A DNA stretch of 56,640 bases, the filler included, from Sphacelaria rigidula (taxonomy: Eukaryota), in assembly GCA_964200075.2 (NCBI GenBank). It is 5 parts of 5 records of this genome, joined end to end, with 100 filler letters (N's around TTAATTAATTAA, not from the genome) between each part and the next. Parts side by side here need not be neighbours in the genome. Positions count along the whole stretch, not along the records: positions 11,350 to 22,598 come from CAXNAA020005171.1; positions 22,699 to 33,946 come from CAXNAA020005172.1; 3 more parts are not named here. One strand, written 5' to 3'. A model generated the notes under the pieces. It worked only from the letters and a program-made list of their open reading frames with translations, ran no database searches and was not told the origin of the DNA. Below are positions 12,144 to 24,370 of the stretch, piece after piece. Position 1 is the first letter of the stretch, and every line of letters starts with the position of its first letter. The translations under genes and the position numbers were made by a program.

Positions 12144-12429
12144 AGTCCACGTTGTCTGTACTATTCACGTTGTGCACGTAGCCTACGTCGTGGACGTCGG
12201 AGTCTACCAGTGTTTTATATGTCTATTTGTCATGAGCTTACACCACATGTTCCTTTCGGAGAAATTTCCGACTGCTGTATCATAACATTACATATCCCTC
12301 AGCTTTCCTGCGGACTCACAAGCTATGTGACTTTGTCTGTGGCCTAGACTTGACAGCTGATGTTGTGTGAGTTGGTCTGAGGCCTGTACATACTTTAACA
12401 CCTTTTCCTTCGAGAAATCAAGTCGGCAC

Positions 12430-15400
12430 CTTCTTTGTTTTCTCCTCCGAAGCAGAAGCTTCGTCTAGCTGACGCTTCAGTCCTAACGCTCGTCGCTCAG
12501 TCGTCTTCAGTTTCGCTTCCGTGTTCTTCAATTTCCAACGGTACTGTATGGGAAACATTTCACCATTTTCCCCATAGTACAGGAACAAATAGCACAAAAT
12601 GGACGAAGCACGAAAATATGCGAGCGATGTGGTTTGAGTTCATATTTTTCTCTCTCCATCGATCGTGCTTTTTAACCCCCCATCGCACCCTGGTCCGGCG
12701 TAAACCCCGCGTGCTCTATCCCGTCTTTGTAGGGACGGACCCCTATGTTGGCGTCGGTTGGCAACCGTGCTGTTAAACACGCCACTCACTGCGTACGCCA
12801 GGCAGCCAGGTTACCGTCTTTTTGCGCGTGCTTGTGTTTTTTCGCGTGGTAATCATAATGATGGTCGAGCTAGATCATATTGTGCGGGGTTGGAGAACCT
12901 CAATTCCGCGCAAAGGGGATGGTCATACTACGTAGTGTTTAAATGGTGAGACACCCATGAGGTAGCGTGGGACGCCTGGCTGTCTCTGGAAGTGGCAACA
13001 CTACAAAATAAAGCAACTCATTCGAGGCTGCCATCCATATGCAAGATAATCAGTGCGTTTCGGGCCGAAGAATCTTAGCAGGATGCAGCCGACCCTTCAG
13101 AGACTCGCCGAACACATCACGGCGCTTCGCGCTTGGTGATTGATTGCGAGCCTGCTCCGGCGAAAACCCGGCATGCTCTGGCTTTGTAGGGATGCAAGGT
13201 CAATGGTCATATGCTTACGACATGCAAGATTGTGAGTACACCCGCACCCTCCGCACCCCCTCTTGTCGGGACGGAATCGTAGTCTCAAGGAATCAATCAT
13301 CTCTCCCCCCAGTACCTGCCTTGCGATATATTATCGAGCACTGGATGAACACCACGCCCGCATCCCTTTGACTGTCACCGTTTGTTTATGTGAACACATA
13401 TTTTCTCTCTTCCCATGACCGAAACTAGTGGAATAGGTCATCAATGTGTCAGAGTTACCCACAGATGGTGGGTAAACTCCCACCTTATCCAGGACTCTGG
13501 GCGCAGGACCTACAGCTTCGTACTCGGTGGGGTCCACGGGATGAGTGGTAAGTCTCGCGGATAGGACTTGGAAATCCATCGTGTCAGTCGAGTTATTTTT
13601 TCCATGGCCAACAAGTTGTAGGATTCGGAGGGTATATATTCCTCCACATGGTATCTTATGTTCGGTTCCGAACCTTCTGGGAACAGAGCTGGGAACGTTC
13701 ATGTAGAATTAAAGGAATTCGTATTTTGGAGATTTGGGAAGCACTTCAGCCGGTGTCAATGGATTGGAGCATGGATATGATAGCCAGGTGTGTAGCTTAT
13801 CGGCTTACGCTTTCCCTTCACGTAATCAGTCTTCCAGCCTTCCAGCTTTTCAGTCGCCTAGTTATCTGCTGGTCTCCTCTACTCAACCAACACGGAGTCT
13901 GCCTGAGTCTACAGTTTGATGGGTACGGTACACTAGCCGTATCGGTGTGTGTTGCGGCAGTCCTCTGTGAGCAATGTGTGGTTAATATGTAATGTTTGAT
14001 GCTGTGCCTTGCTACGGGTTCATTAGGGTTCATTATTGTGTTGTGAGCCCGTCGGTAGCCTATACTCATACAGGTTGCATCGGTAACTGAACACGAGGTA
14101 CTGTCAGTTTGGCCAAGATATATATATATACCCCCGTGGTCTTCACAGATACTGAGCAGAAGCGTTGGGTGGCTTGATAGTAAGCTACTATCTACGCATT
14201 AGAGCCTGCGATTTGACCACCAATTGCCCATGCATTAATAGCCGTGGATGCGGGTAGAGTATACCCAGAATCTTATATGTGTCCCTCTCATGTTGACCTC
14301 TACGACGTGCTATGCTTTTGTCGTTGTTGAGCCGAGGCTAGTCACGGGCGACTGAATGTTCATACCCGACCGCTCAAAAGTTTTGAGTCGATCATCGGTG
14401 CCAAATCGCAGTTTGACGGGATTCAGAGACGACATTCTCGCCTATTTTATGACCACAAAATGAGGAAGTACATCGGGCGCCACGTTTGAGACGCTCGAGA
14501 TGAGCACAGTAAAGCTGCTAGGTCTAGAGCCTATTATTCCGCCCGCATTGGCGGCCTGTCAAGTATCAGTTTGACCAGCGGGACGCTAAGAAACGAGCTG
14601 GTTTCGGGTGCCGTGACAGTCCCGGTTTTTGTTGTTCAAATGCATAGAGGCGGATTTTATAAGGGTCAGGAAGGAAATATCGACGACAAAAAATATGGTA
14701 TTGTCACAGTTCGCTGTACGCAGCAAAGCGGTGAGGCGTTACTCCGATACGCCCGAGGTAAAGCTAAAGCCTGTGGATAAGACGTTTCTCTGTTCCCCCG
14801 ATTCTCCTGCGTTGAATATATCACACGTATACGGCGTAATCGTGAAGGCAACAATCGATATTTCTCTGGATTTTCTCAAGCGTGAATCATACCTGAAGAC
14901 ACAACTGCACCGCCCTGTCTCTATCTTCCATCAACTCCACCAGTTTTGCCGGCAAGCACAAATCCGAATCCTCCTGCCCCCGTTGTCCCCGTCCAATCAT
15001 GGGTGCGCGCGGCAGACCACCTCCCCCGGGATCCAATGGCTCATTAGTTACCTTCCCCTGTAGTCCTTGAGCCGATGCGCTGGACTTCACTTCGGTATCC
15101 TTTCTGTTGTGCACTGTTTCGGCGTTTTGGTCGATGACGGTATCATTTTCAGTGAAGCTTCTCCCTTCCACCACTCCTTCTCTTTTCTGACGTGCCTCCC
15201 TCGCAGTTTTGTCATTAAGGCAGTAGGCACTGTTAGACGGAGGCGGCGCTGCTTTGCTCCGAGACGTCTTCAAACTGAGCGTCGCCTCAGACGGCTCTTG
15301 GTCACTCCCCTCGACTTCATGGCAGCCGTTACTAATGCGAGCGTCCTCCCGCTGTGCAGCACCACTTCTGCCGTTGTGATTTTCTTGTGCTGTCATCGTC

Positions 15401-15678
15401 TGACTGGGAGATTCAGAAGGCGTCCGGTCTCTGAGTGCGGTAGGTGAAACCAGCGCTCCATGTCGAGGATCTACTGAGCTTCTTGTTGAACTAGGAGGAG
15501 AAGAAATAGCGTCCAGCCTTATGGCATGGTCATCCGATCCCTGCAGGCCTAGTGCGGCCGGCACCGAGACAGGTCTTGGCAGATTTTCTGACTGAACAGC
15601 CAGCGAAGATTTCAGACCGTAAGTTGCCCGAGTACGCCGATCCATAGCTTGCCGTAGACCAGCAGAGGTCATCGCCAT
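12430..15678 (-). CDS. Uncharacterised protein, disordered N-terminus followed by coiled coil; 3'-partial
   Basis: Exon 1 15678-14893 (ATG, 262 codons, ends ...DRDRAVQLCLQ|GTATGA) splices in phase 0 to exon 12543-12430 (YRWKLKNTEAKLKTTERRALGLKRQLDEASASEEKTKK|GTGCCG). Downstream exons were not identified. Confidence 0.75.
12870..13260 (+). mobile_element. C-tailed SINE-like family A, one of the two longest copies (~390 bp)
   Basis: 5' extension GAGAACCTCAATTCCGCGCAAAGGGGATGGTCATACTACG is shared with 41200-41260 (-); ends GAGTACACCCGCACCCTCC. Confidence 0.85.
13400..14110 (-). pseudogene. Degenerate LTR-retrotransposon (Ty3/gypsy-like) integrase C-terminal remnant
   Basis: Frameshifted pieces RGPHRV / AVGP resemble the GPY/F motif, and TAAT...CRLRQTP resembles the end of the integrase core; many stops. 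Confidence 0.4.
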
Positions 15679-15962
15679 GACAGCTTGCTCTTATGCCCGC
15701 TCTGGGCTACGCCTTTCTCATTTTATTCTCTTTGTAGGGCGTCGATTGGCTATCGGTTGCGATCCCCGCTCGAGGCGGGTGATGATGTACAGTAGCGCCT
15801 TGAGCTGTATTCGGCGACGAAATCGATTGCCCCGCATGTTCCGTTTCGACGAGATCCGCATGAAAAACGACGGTTTCCAGCGGCGGAATAAGTGTTGTCC
15901 CACCCTGTGCCCACCGCACCTTGCTGCCGAACAACCTCCACGCGTCGGGTGCCGGCGATATA
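15679..15962. promoter_or_regulatory. Candidate bidirectional promoter / 5'UTR region
   Basis: 284 bp between the divergent start codons at 15678 (-) and 15963 (+). Confidence 0.55.
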
Positions 15963-18900
15963 ATGCTACCCGACAAAGAGGAGAAATCATGGTTGATTCT
16001 GCGAAATCCCACCGTCCCTCTAGTCCTGGGTGCGGGTGCTGCTTCATTGCGAAATCGTAAATTGCCGCCGCCAGAAGTACCGGTGGCGACAAGCGAAGCA
16101 TCGTTGTTGAACAACGTGACGGGTGATGTGCTGGCGGCCTTCGGAGCTTCGGCAGGTGTATCTCCCTTCATAACGATTGCTGACCGCGCCATTATCCAGG
16201 TAAATTTAGCCTTGCGATACAATTGTGCATATTGTCTTCGAGGTAAATGAATGTAGACGATATCGGTAGATAGCTGTCCGTGAGTTGCGAGTCCGTGCAG
16301 TTGGCACTGTCAGGGCATGTCGCGTACTGCAACAGACATTTTGTAGGCTTGGCATGCCTCGGGCGCAGCTCTTGCACAAAAATACCATGACACTAGCATT
16401 GTCTGTATAAAAAATATTTTCCTATTTTGTCACACATCACATAAATACGTACATTTTTGTCGGCGTGAGGATAGTTGTCCCGAATTCCAAAAACCGTGCC
16501 CCGTCTCCTGGAAGATACATTTTTTTCTTGTTCCTCGCCTCTTTTATTCCCAAATATCCATAACTCTTGTTCGCTGTTTCCTTGCGTATGTTTTTTTCGG
16601 GGGATGGGAGGGGATTTGACACAGAACTTGGAATCTTGGTATTTGACCGAGGGTTTTGCGTTATTTTGTCGAAGTTATTGAAAAACACGGATCTAAGAGG
16701 TAATCTTGTCAGCTTTTTAATGCAATGACCAACCACCTACTGATTTCAAAATAGAGAGCGGCGAACGCCTCCTCTCAATACCCCGAGGGGACCTTATTTC
16801 TTTCCCAGAAAAACAAAAAATCACGAGATATTATGCATTTTGTTTCCGTCAGTGAAATGCTTCACTCCTACACACACATACACGCACACACATCAGTGCT
16901 GTTGTGAGCGGCCACATGCGTTCTGGTGGGCCCACATGATGCCACGAGCAACGAAGAATGGAAGAATGCACGCAACAGGGGCGGCTACCTAACATGAGTA
17001 AAATTGCCATTTCGGGGCAATTTCGGGGTAATTTCAGCCCAAAATTTTGCGCCAGAAGAGAGAAAAACTCCGCGGCTACCGACGTAGCTCGATTCCCCCG
17101 TCACGACAGTTGTTCACATTTCAATTCGTTTTGTTTCGAAAGTCATCATGACTAGGAAACACACCGAAAAAATGGTCCTGCACACGGACATATACTTCGA
17201 CCTTTCAGGGACCGGACCTCACAACAACCAAGCAGCTTTTCACGATTTCGAAGGTGCTCGTAGGCGAATAATCAAACGATGACACGCCCGACTGTGTCCC
17301 CTCAAATATACGCTCACACTATAATATCCCTGTGTGCACATGGGAAGTAGGAGTACTATTGGTTGCCGTAAGATTCGCGTTGGCATTATCGCAGTTGAGC
17401 ATCTTCATCTCCTCGAAGCTTGTTCTCGAAGCGAGTCCGTCGTTAACTTATTTTACACTACTTGTGGGCGCGGTATGTCCAATAGAAGTACATGCATTAT
17501 CGAAAACTTGGTATATCTTATTCTAGCATAAGGAGCAATGCAGTGGTCAAATGAACCTTAGCTCAAAAAGCTTCCTGCAGGAGTGTTCTCCACTTCGAAG
17601 AATCACACGAGGCGCTTGTAGTCTCAGTCGCCCCTAATTATCTCTGTAATCCTTAGGAACCCTTTTGTTTGCCGTATGTTCTTGTCCCAATCCTCTGCCT
17701 CCCGTCCGATGAAGAATGCGAGCGGCGCCATGAAGCTCGGGGCCTCCATGAAGGCGGGATTCATTGAATTGCTGACCCGACCACATGCATTTATTAGCCG
17801 GCCGGAATTTCGGATTATCTTGGGGGTGTACTTCTCCACCTACGCGGTTGCCAACAGCATCACGAGCGGTGAGCTATGTAGGCCCACCAAGGACGTCATA
17901 TGTCGACCCGAACAAGCTGTATTGGACATTTGAAGAAGCGGAGGAAAAGGACAAAGATCTTATTTTGTTTTTGGCACTTCTTGAGAGTGCAGGCTTGGGT
18001 GATTACCGTGACCAACGGGATTATTCTCATCAACCATTGTTGCACTCGACGAACCAGTTGCTGCGCGCCAGCCAGCTCTAGAAAAAATCGTATCCCGCGA
18101 TTACGCACGCCATCTGTGCTTGCTACATGTATTCTGCACCTGCAACGACAACATTTCCTCAAGGACCTAGACCAAGGCATCGGTACCGACGACGTCTACG
18201 CTGCCATGCATCGCCTCTTTACTTGCCCAGTCTGCGTGAGGACGGCTTCGGATCCACTGTGGCCGCGATTTGCGGCTACTTCCGTCGTGAACGTTACTGC
18301 TTCGGTGGCCAAAGACGCCGCGTTTACTCGAATGTTCGGCACCAGCAAGGCCAAGCCGCTGCCTGTTTCGACACTCATGTTGTTCGCCGGTCGAGATTGC
18401 ATGACAATTGCGGCTAGGTAATAAGACCAAGGCTGCACGAGGAAAATACGTCTGTCTCTCAACCGAGTGTTTTTTCACCATATGTTGCATCAGCGGTGTA
18501 GAGAGCCATTTGTGCTATTAAAGTCCCCTTTCGGGGGTGGGCTCGAACGTGTGCTTTTCACCCGAACCTACTGTGACGAAATTCGCGCAGCTTTTGAGAC
18601 AGTCGAGTGCCTCACTGACACGTCCCGTGGAATACTCATGCGGAACAGGGGTGAATAGGATGCTACTGTACGGGGTATGCATGAATATCGGGTATGTACA
18701 GCCGAACATGGAGCATGTGCAGCTATATTTCCGTAGACACACAGTTTCAAAAGTGCGCCATGTAGTGAAATATCACGGTGGGGGGGAAGAGGCGCGGTAA
18801 AGATCACGGTGGGAGAAACACTATGGATTCAGTAAAAGCGAATTTCCGCGCAAAGCGTTTGTGCACCGTTTCATGTTTCTAAATATATAATGTTTCTTCA

Positions 18901-20378
18901 CGGTAAATGCTTACTATGAAAAGCGCAGTTTTAATATCGTACTGCATTGTCGTAGCTGGGAGTTCTAGTTGCATCAGACGTGTTCATCAGAACGTGAGAA
19001 CAGTCCTCGCCATTTAATGCTCGAGCGGCCCTCGGATCTACTTGTTAATGTGAATGGGTCACAACACTCCATCAGATACCACACCTATGAGTTACTGTTG
19101 GCTCACAGCATTGTGGTAGTGTGACGCCTCATACGCTCAACAGTCGTATATTTGAGATACACGCAATCAATTGGGGTGGTAAGAAGTGAATAATAAAGCA
19201 ACGGAGGCTGCACATCATGACTTCTGTGCCCTTCAAGGATCAGCGATTGGGTAGAGGGCAATCTGTGCCTGGAGTATAACAAGATGCGATGGGAGATAAT
19301 ACGTAAATCAACGCAGAATATGAACGACACTTCAGCCCATATGTCGAAGCACCCAGAAGCAACCTTGAGCAGCAACGAACACCCTTGACCTCATCCCCAC
19401 CTCCCGTCTCTCCTCTCGTACGTGACAGTTTTAACCTCCCTGCACCCACTTCACGGCTCCTTCAAGGCCTTGGGAGGGTGCCTGCACAAACGGCTGATGT
19501 AGCGGCACAGATGGCTTGTCCGCCCCTCATCCAGCTCTTGTCTACCCCCCTGTGTAAGTTCCTCTGTGCAGCAAGCGTCTATTAACCCTTTTGGGACCCA
19601 TAGCCGATATTTGCTTTCGTGAAAATCGACATCATTTCTAGTCATTTTCAAGTCAAAATGGTGCCGATCCACAAAAACAAAATATGGATTCCCAAAGGGT
19701 TGGTAGTACATGAGATCAAAATTGAGTTGAGTATTCTTCGACAGCCGCCCAAAGTTCGTGATGCCTCGTTTTTGTGCTATTCCACGTAAGAGCTCGCCCG
19801 GAGACGATTCTCTAGTACTAGCACCTCCGATATTACTTGAAACCCCGACGTGGTTCTGGGGATGGTACAAACATGCGAGTGAGGTGCGAAAGCGATACAT
19901 GAGGGTGTGCCTAGGGGTGACCGCAAAAATATGTTTCAGCCCGGACTGCAGAAAAGATATGTATCCACATTGTTCGGCTTCTCTGCAAGTGACATCCACA
20001 CACGTACGACGATGATACTAGCTGTGCCACCGTCCAATATATCACAAGTGTGGTGATCATCGGTATCCTGCAGTGGCCAAACACTGGACGAACGAAAGCC
20101 CGCAAAACCGCCGAGTCAGAACAAGCAATGCCTCCCCCCAGGTGTGTGTACATGATGCCGACAACCTGGTCGGTGTTTTTCCTTTTGATCGAGCAGATTT
20201 GTTGGGGCTGGACCTTTACAACAGACCAATCGCCGAGCTTCGTTCAAGGGTGGCCTTCGTCGGACGGGAATACTGGGCCACGGTGTTCGCGCGGTGGGCA
20301 AGGGTGGCGCCTGCATACTCTATTGGCGGGGTGGTCAATCAGATCCTCATTCGAAATTTCAGGTCTATGGGGCTATGA
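15963..20378 (+). CDS. Conserved uncharacterised eukaryotic membrane-type protein (~294 aa), complete 5-exon model
   Basis: Exons 15963-16199, 17715-17868, 18231-18417, 19429-19553 and 20197-20378, all GT-AG with phases 0/1/2/1, total 885 nt. Motifs SPFITIADRAIIQNASG, GVYFSTYAVAN, KDAAFTRMFG, LFAGRDCMTIAASF, QLLSTPLYLLGLDLYNRP and RVAPAYSIGGVVN recall a family seen in fungi and protists. Confidence 0.9.
19586..19699. mobile_element. piggyBac-type palindromic MITE (~115 bp), copy 1
   Basis: TTAA-CCCTTTTGGGACCCAT...ATGGATTCCCAAAGGG-TT; homologous to 31528-31645. Confidence 0.75.
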
Positions 20379-21187
20379 GGCCAACGAGCATAACGTGTGA
20401 TGTTCTTGAGAACGGTTCGTCGCAATTTCAGGCGGGCGCGTGCGGATGTTCTCCTCGTGACAGGACACTGCTGGCTGGGGGTCTCGTTGGTTGTGCGGGT
20501 ACTGTGCAATTGTCTGCGGCTGAAGGCGTGCACAATAACAGGGAAAGTGCACTTCCATGTCCTTATCGTTTGATGCACAGATGGTTCTGATCGCCTGAAC
20601 GCGTTTTCCCAAATCCGGGGGTGTGGTACACAACCTGTGGATGACAACTCTTTGCTCATACCCCTCCACAGAGGAAGTGCACCCACCCCTGTCGCCGAAA
20701 CCGTGAGTTGACCAACCATATTTAGTGCGAAGGTACCTCTATCCCATGACCACAACCCCCTGCGACGGCATACCGAGAATCCTTGAGCAAGGGGAGTGCA
20801 AAGGGTCAACTACGCAACGCGTGTGTTGGCAAAGCTCAATTTGGCGTCTACGGCGCCAATTAAAGTAAGAACACGTCCTGCGTGTATACATGCTCGCTCG
20901 CGAGCTCCTGGAACGGTATGTGCCCCAGAAAGTTGAGTGTCACACTCCACGCTGGTGAGACCCGCCGTGTTGGCACCACGGAGTTTGGCGACGGGCTGAG
21001 GTGAACGGCTACGGAAAATAAGCATCAACTAATAGTGTCTTTTGTGACGGAATCCAACGATGAATGTACGCACAAAGGACATTGCATCTGATGACCCAGA
21101 CTCTCGGTCGAAGCCAATAGACAATACTGCTTACAGTTTACCCCACACCTTATGGGACCGAAAGTATGAACCGGTCGGAAGCGCACA

Positions 21188-21535
21188 CAGGCTGGTTCAC
21201 GCTTCTCAACCTAGTAACACTCATCCGCAAAACTTCACGCCGTTTTTCGGAGTCAGACCCTGAAACTTTGCACGATTTTTCCGTAGGTCATCATCACGTA
21301 AATTTCAAAGGTGGAGTTTTTTTCTTACTCCTTAGCTTCTTTGCCGTTTTTCGGCGGTCTCAGGGTTTGAGGGAAACTTGAATCCCATCGGACCCCCGAA
21401 AAACGGTAAAAATATCGAAAAGTAGAAAAAGTCGTCGATCGAGAGTTGCGTAATGACCGATAGCACATTTGTGCAAAGTTTTAAACTCCTAACAACGGCG
21501 TGAAGTTTTGCGCGTTGTGCGATGGCGCGAGCCTG
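21188..21535. mobile_element. Palindromic MITE family C, copy 1
   Basis: CAGGCT...AGCCTG ends; arms CGCAAAACTTCACGCCGTT / AACGGCGTGAAGTTTTGCG. Confidence 0.8.
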
Positions 21536-22199
21536 AAACGTGCAAACTCCTTACTATTCCGTTTCAGTATGGAAACGTCGTTTTTGGGTTTCCTCCAACG
21601 TTATGGCGAGAAAAACTGCCCGAGGTTTTCGAGTTTCTTGAGGACCAAACTTTATACATATGTCTCTTGAACTACCCCGGGACGTACCATTTTTCTTGTT
21701 TTCGAGGCATTCTGTACCACCTCTCGGGGGTCCCAGTAGAAGACCCCCAGAAGCCGGTAGAGAACGAAGAAACTTTGAAAATATTGTCAAGACTACTTTT
21801 TTTTCATTTGAAGCATCAATACCTGTACTGATCTGCCAAGTTTGCGGGCGATCTGATCTTTTCTACGATAGAAATAAGGAAAATCGTCACGAGGCTCCCT
21901 CGGTGTTTCGTGCGTATCATCAGTGGAAATTAGACGACGGCAAAAGTCCGCATCACCGAAACACCACGGTTTGGGAATAATTGGAATAATTCGATCACGT
22001 TGTCACCGTTTCCAAGCATGTTTTTCTAGATTCCCGAGCTGATGGCGGTTACTACGATTTGAAGCATGTGGGGATTGGGTGAATATGGGGCATTGGAATT
22101 CGTATTTTCGATTTCAGAACAGTTTGAAGGGCGCTGGTTGACCGAGGTACCCTTTCGCCCTTATTAGCCCCACTATGGCCATAAAAGCGAATGTGGCTA

Positions 22200-22547
22200 C
22201 AGGCTGGTTCACGGAAAAAAACCCAAATACACTCATCGGCAAAACTTCACGCCGTTTTAAGGAGTTAGACCCTGAAATTTTGCACATGTGTTCTCTGGGT
22301 CATTACACAACTTTGCAAGGACATTTCCCCCTTTACTTCTTGACTTTTTCCACCGTTTTCCCGGGGTCCCAGTTTTGTCGGGAAAACTTCGATCCAGTCG
22401 AAGCCCCGTAAAACGGTAAAAAAAAAAAAAAAAACTCTCGTCCTTGCAAAGTTGCGTAATGACCCGTTGAACACCTGTGCAAATTTTCAGGGTCTAACTC
22501 CTTGAAATGGCGTGACATTATCCGCGTTTGTGCGATGAACCTTGCCG
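22200..22547. mobile_element. Palindromic MITE family C, copy 2 (TA-flanked on the left, Tc1/mariner-like)
   Basis: TA-CAGGCTGGTTCA start; arms AAGGAGTTAGACCCTGAAATTTTGCAC / GTGCAAATTTTCAGGGTCTAACTCCTT. Confidence 0.8.
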
Positions 22548-22598
22548 TGCCACGGTGAAACGGCAAACTACTAGATTTTGGTATGTAAATGGCGTTTT

Positions 22599-22698
22599 NN
22601 NNNNNNNNNNNNNNNNNNNNNNNNNNNNNNNNNNNNNNNNNNTTAATTAATTAANNNNNNNNNNNNNNNNNNNNNNNNNNNNNNNNNNNNNNNNNNNN
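22599..22698. other. Artificial 100-bp contig spacer
   Basis: N44-TTAATTAATTAA-N44. Confidence 0.97.
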
Positions 22699-22714
22699 TT
22701 CACTTCAGCATAAA

Positions 22715-23215
22715 CTTCCTCTGCCCCATAAGTAAAGGTACCTAAATTTGTACGGGCCCTTAACGATGTCCGATCGTTTTTTCCCTTTTTTTTTTCAACT
22801 CTACGGTGTTTTTTGGGTCAAGAAAATGTGTTTAAAATTTGCAGCTCGTGCTTGAACCATGTCGCCGAACGGCTGCAAAAAAAGTAGCGCCAAAAAATGG
22901 CCGTTTTTTGCCCCATTCCGAGGGGGAAAACGTGTCCTGGCAGCAAGCCCCAGCGAAGGCGGGGGCGATTAAAAAAACAAGAAAAAAAATCCACACTTTT
23001 CCCCCCCTCGGAATGGGGCAAAAAACGGCCATTTTTGGGCCGACTACTTTTTTTGCAGCCATCCGGCGGCATGGTTCGAGCACGAGCTGCAATTTTTAAA
23101 CACATTTTCTTGACCTAAAAAACACCGTAGAATTCATTAAAAAAACAAACAAACGATCGGACATCGTGAAGGGCCCGTACAAATTTAGGTACCTTTACTT
23201 ATGGGACAGAGGAAG
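22715..23215. mobile_element. ~500-bp fold-back MITE with Stowaway-like termini
   Basis: CTTCCTCTGCCCCATAAGTAAAGGTACCTAAATTTGTACGGGCCCTT ... AAGGGCCCGTACAAATTTAGGTACCTTTACTTATGGGACAGAGGAAG-TA; arms pair over >200 bp, producing mirror ORFs on both strands. Confidence 0.92.
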
Positions 23216-24370
23216 TATACATGTGTATACATACTCCGGAGTACATGCCTCGGGAAGCAAAACCTCGGAGCCATCAGCTCAAGCCAAATCCGTCACAAAT
23301 TCGGTGTGCGAAGGGGGCATATCTACCCGTTGAACTGTTACGGTGTCTGTTGAGTGGGTCGTCATCCATTTGGTTGCTGCGTGGATATCGTGATCATTGA
23401 TTATGTAGATTCTTTGGGTCTGTGTCTTCATGTATCTACGTATCCATGTCTGTCTCTTTCTCCGTCCCTCTGTGTCTATGTCTGCGGCTGTGTCTGTGGC
23501 TATGCTTGTGGCTGTTTCTCTCCTCTTTCCTCTCCCTCCCTCTGCATCCATTCGACATTTTTCGTTCCACACGTCCCCGCTGTCCACGTACAAAAGACTC
23601 GAGGGGTTATAATCCGGGGGGGGAAGGGGAAATGAGTGAGAATATGCATATACCTCCATGTGAAAAAACGAAAATCACGTGACTATTTATGGCTTCAGCT
23701 ACGACATCAGCCGGGGCACAATACAAACAGGGCCCAAGTGAAATATGCGCACAACGAAAAACCTTGGCAAAAAAGGGAAAACAAAAAAAGGGAAAAAGAG
23801 GCTTGCAACGGAGTATACGGACACATACGCAAGGCTGAAAACTATTACAAGTCTCGAACCTCCCCACCGAAAGGTCCGTGCAATCGATGTAGGCACAGTA
23901 TGGTATGTAGTCCTTTTTTCGAAAGGGTGTTTTTTTTTCTTTTACCCTTAAGAACTGTGGTACACATACCTACGGCGAAAAATTTCTGGGTGGACACCAA
24001 ATTTAGCTGCCGAAGATTATACGTCGGTGTCGAGAAAAGATAGTGATAGAAAAACACGTTTTGAACGATGCAAACGTCCGCGCACAATGGGTAGGAATCC
24101 TTACAGCCCCCTCTCACCTACCCTAGGTAATTTTTTTTACAAGAATCGACCTAAAATAGGTCAGTCGATTATGATTGCGCGCCCCTACACAACACAGTTT
24201 TCGTCTGTATTTGAGAAAGAAAAACCCTCCGTCTCGACTCGCTCGATACTAGTAAATCTCCCGTGCGATTACTCCCCCTTTTTCAATACTGCACTATACT
24301 ACGACATCGAATCATTACATTTTTAAAACTTGAAATCGACTTGACTGAATACAGACATTTTCCCACTTGC

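Noticed and set aside
15707-16222. 171-aa minus-strand ORF
   Set aside because: It is the antisense shadow of the plus-strand first exon and promoter region, out of frame with the 15678 ORF.
22818-23118. Near-identical ORFs on opposite strands
   Set aside because: They are an artefact of the fold-back element.
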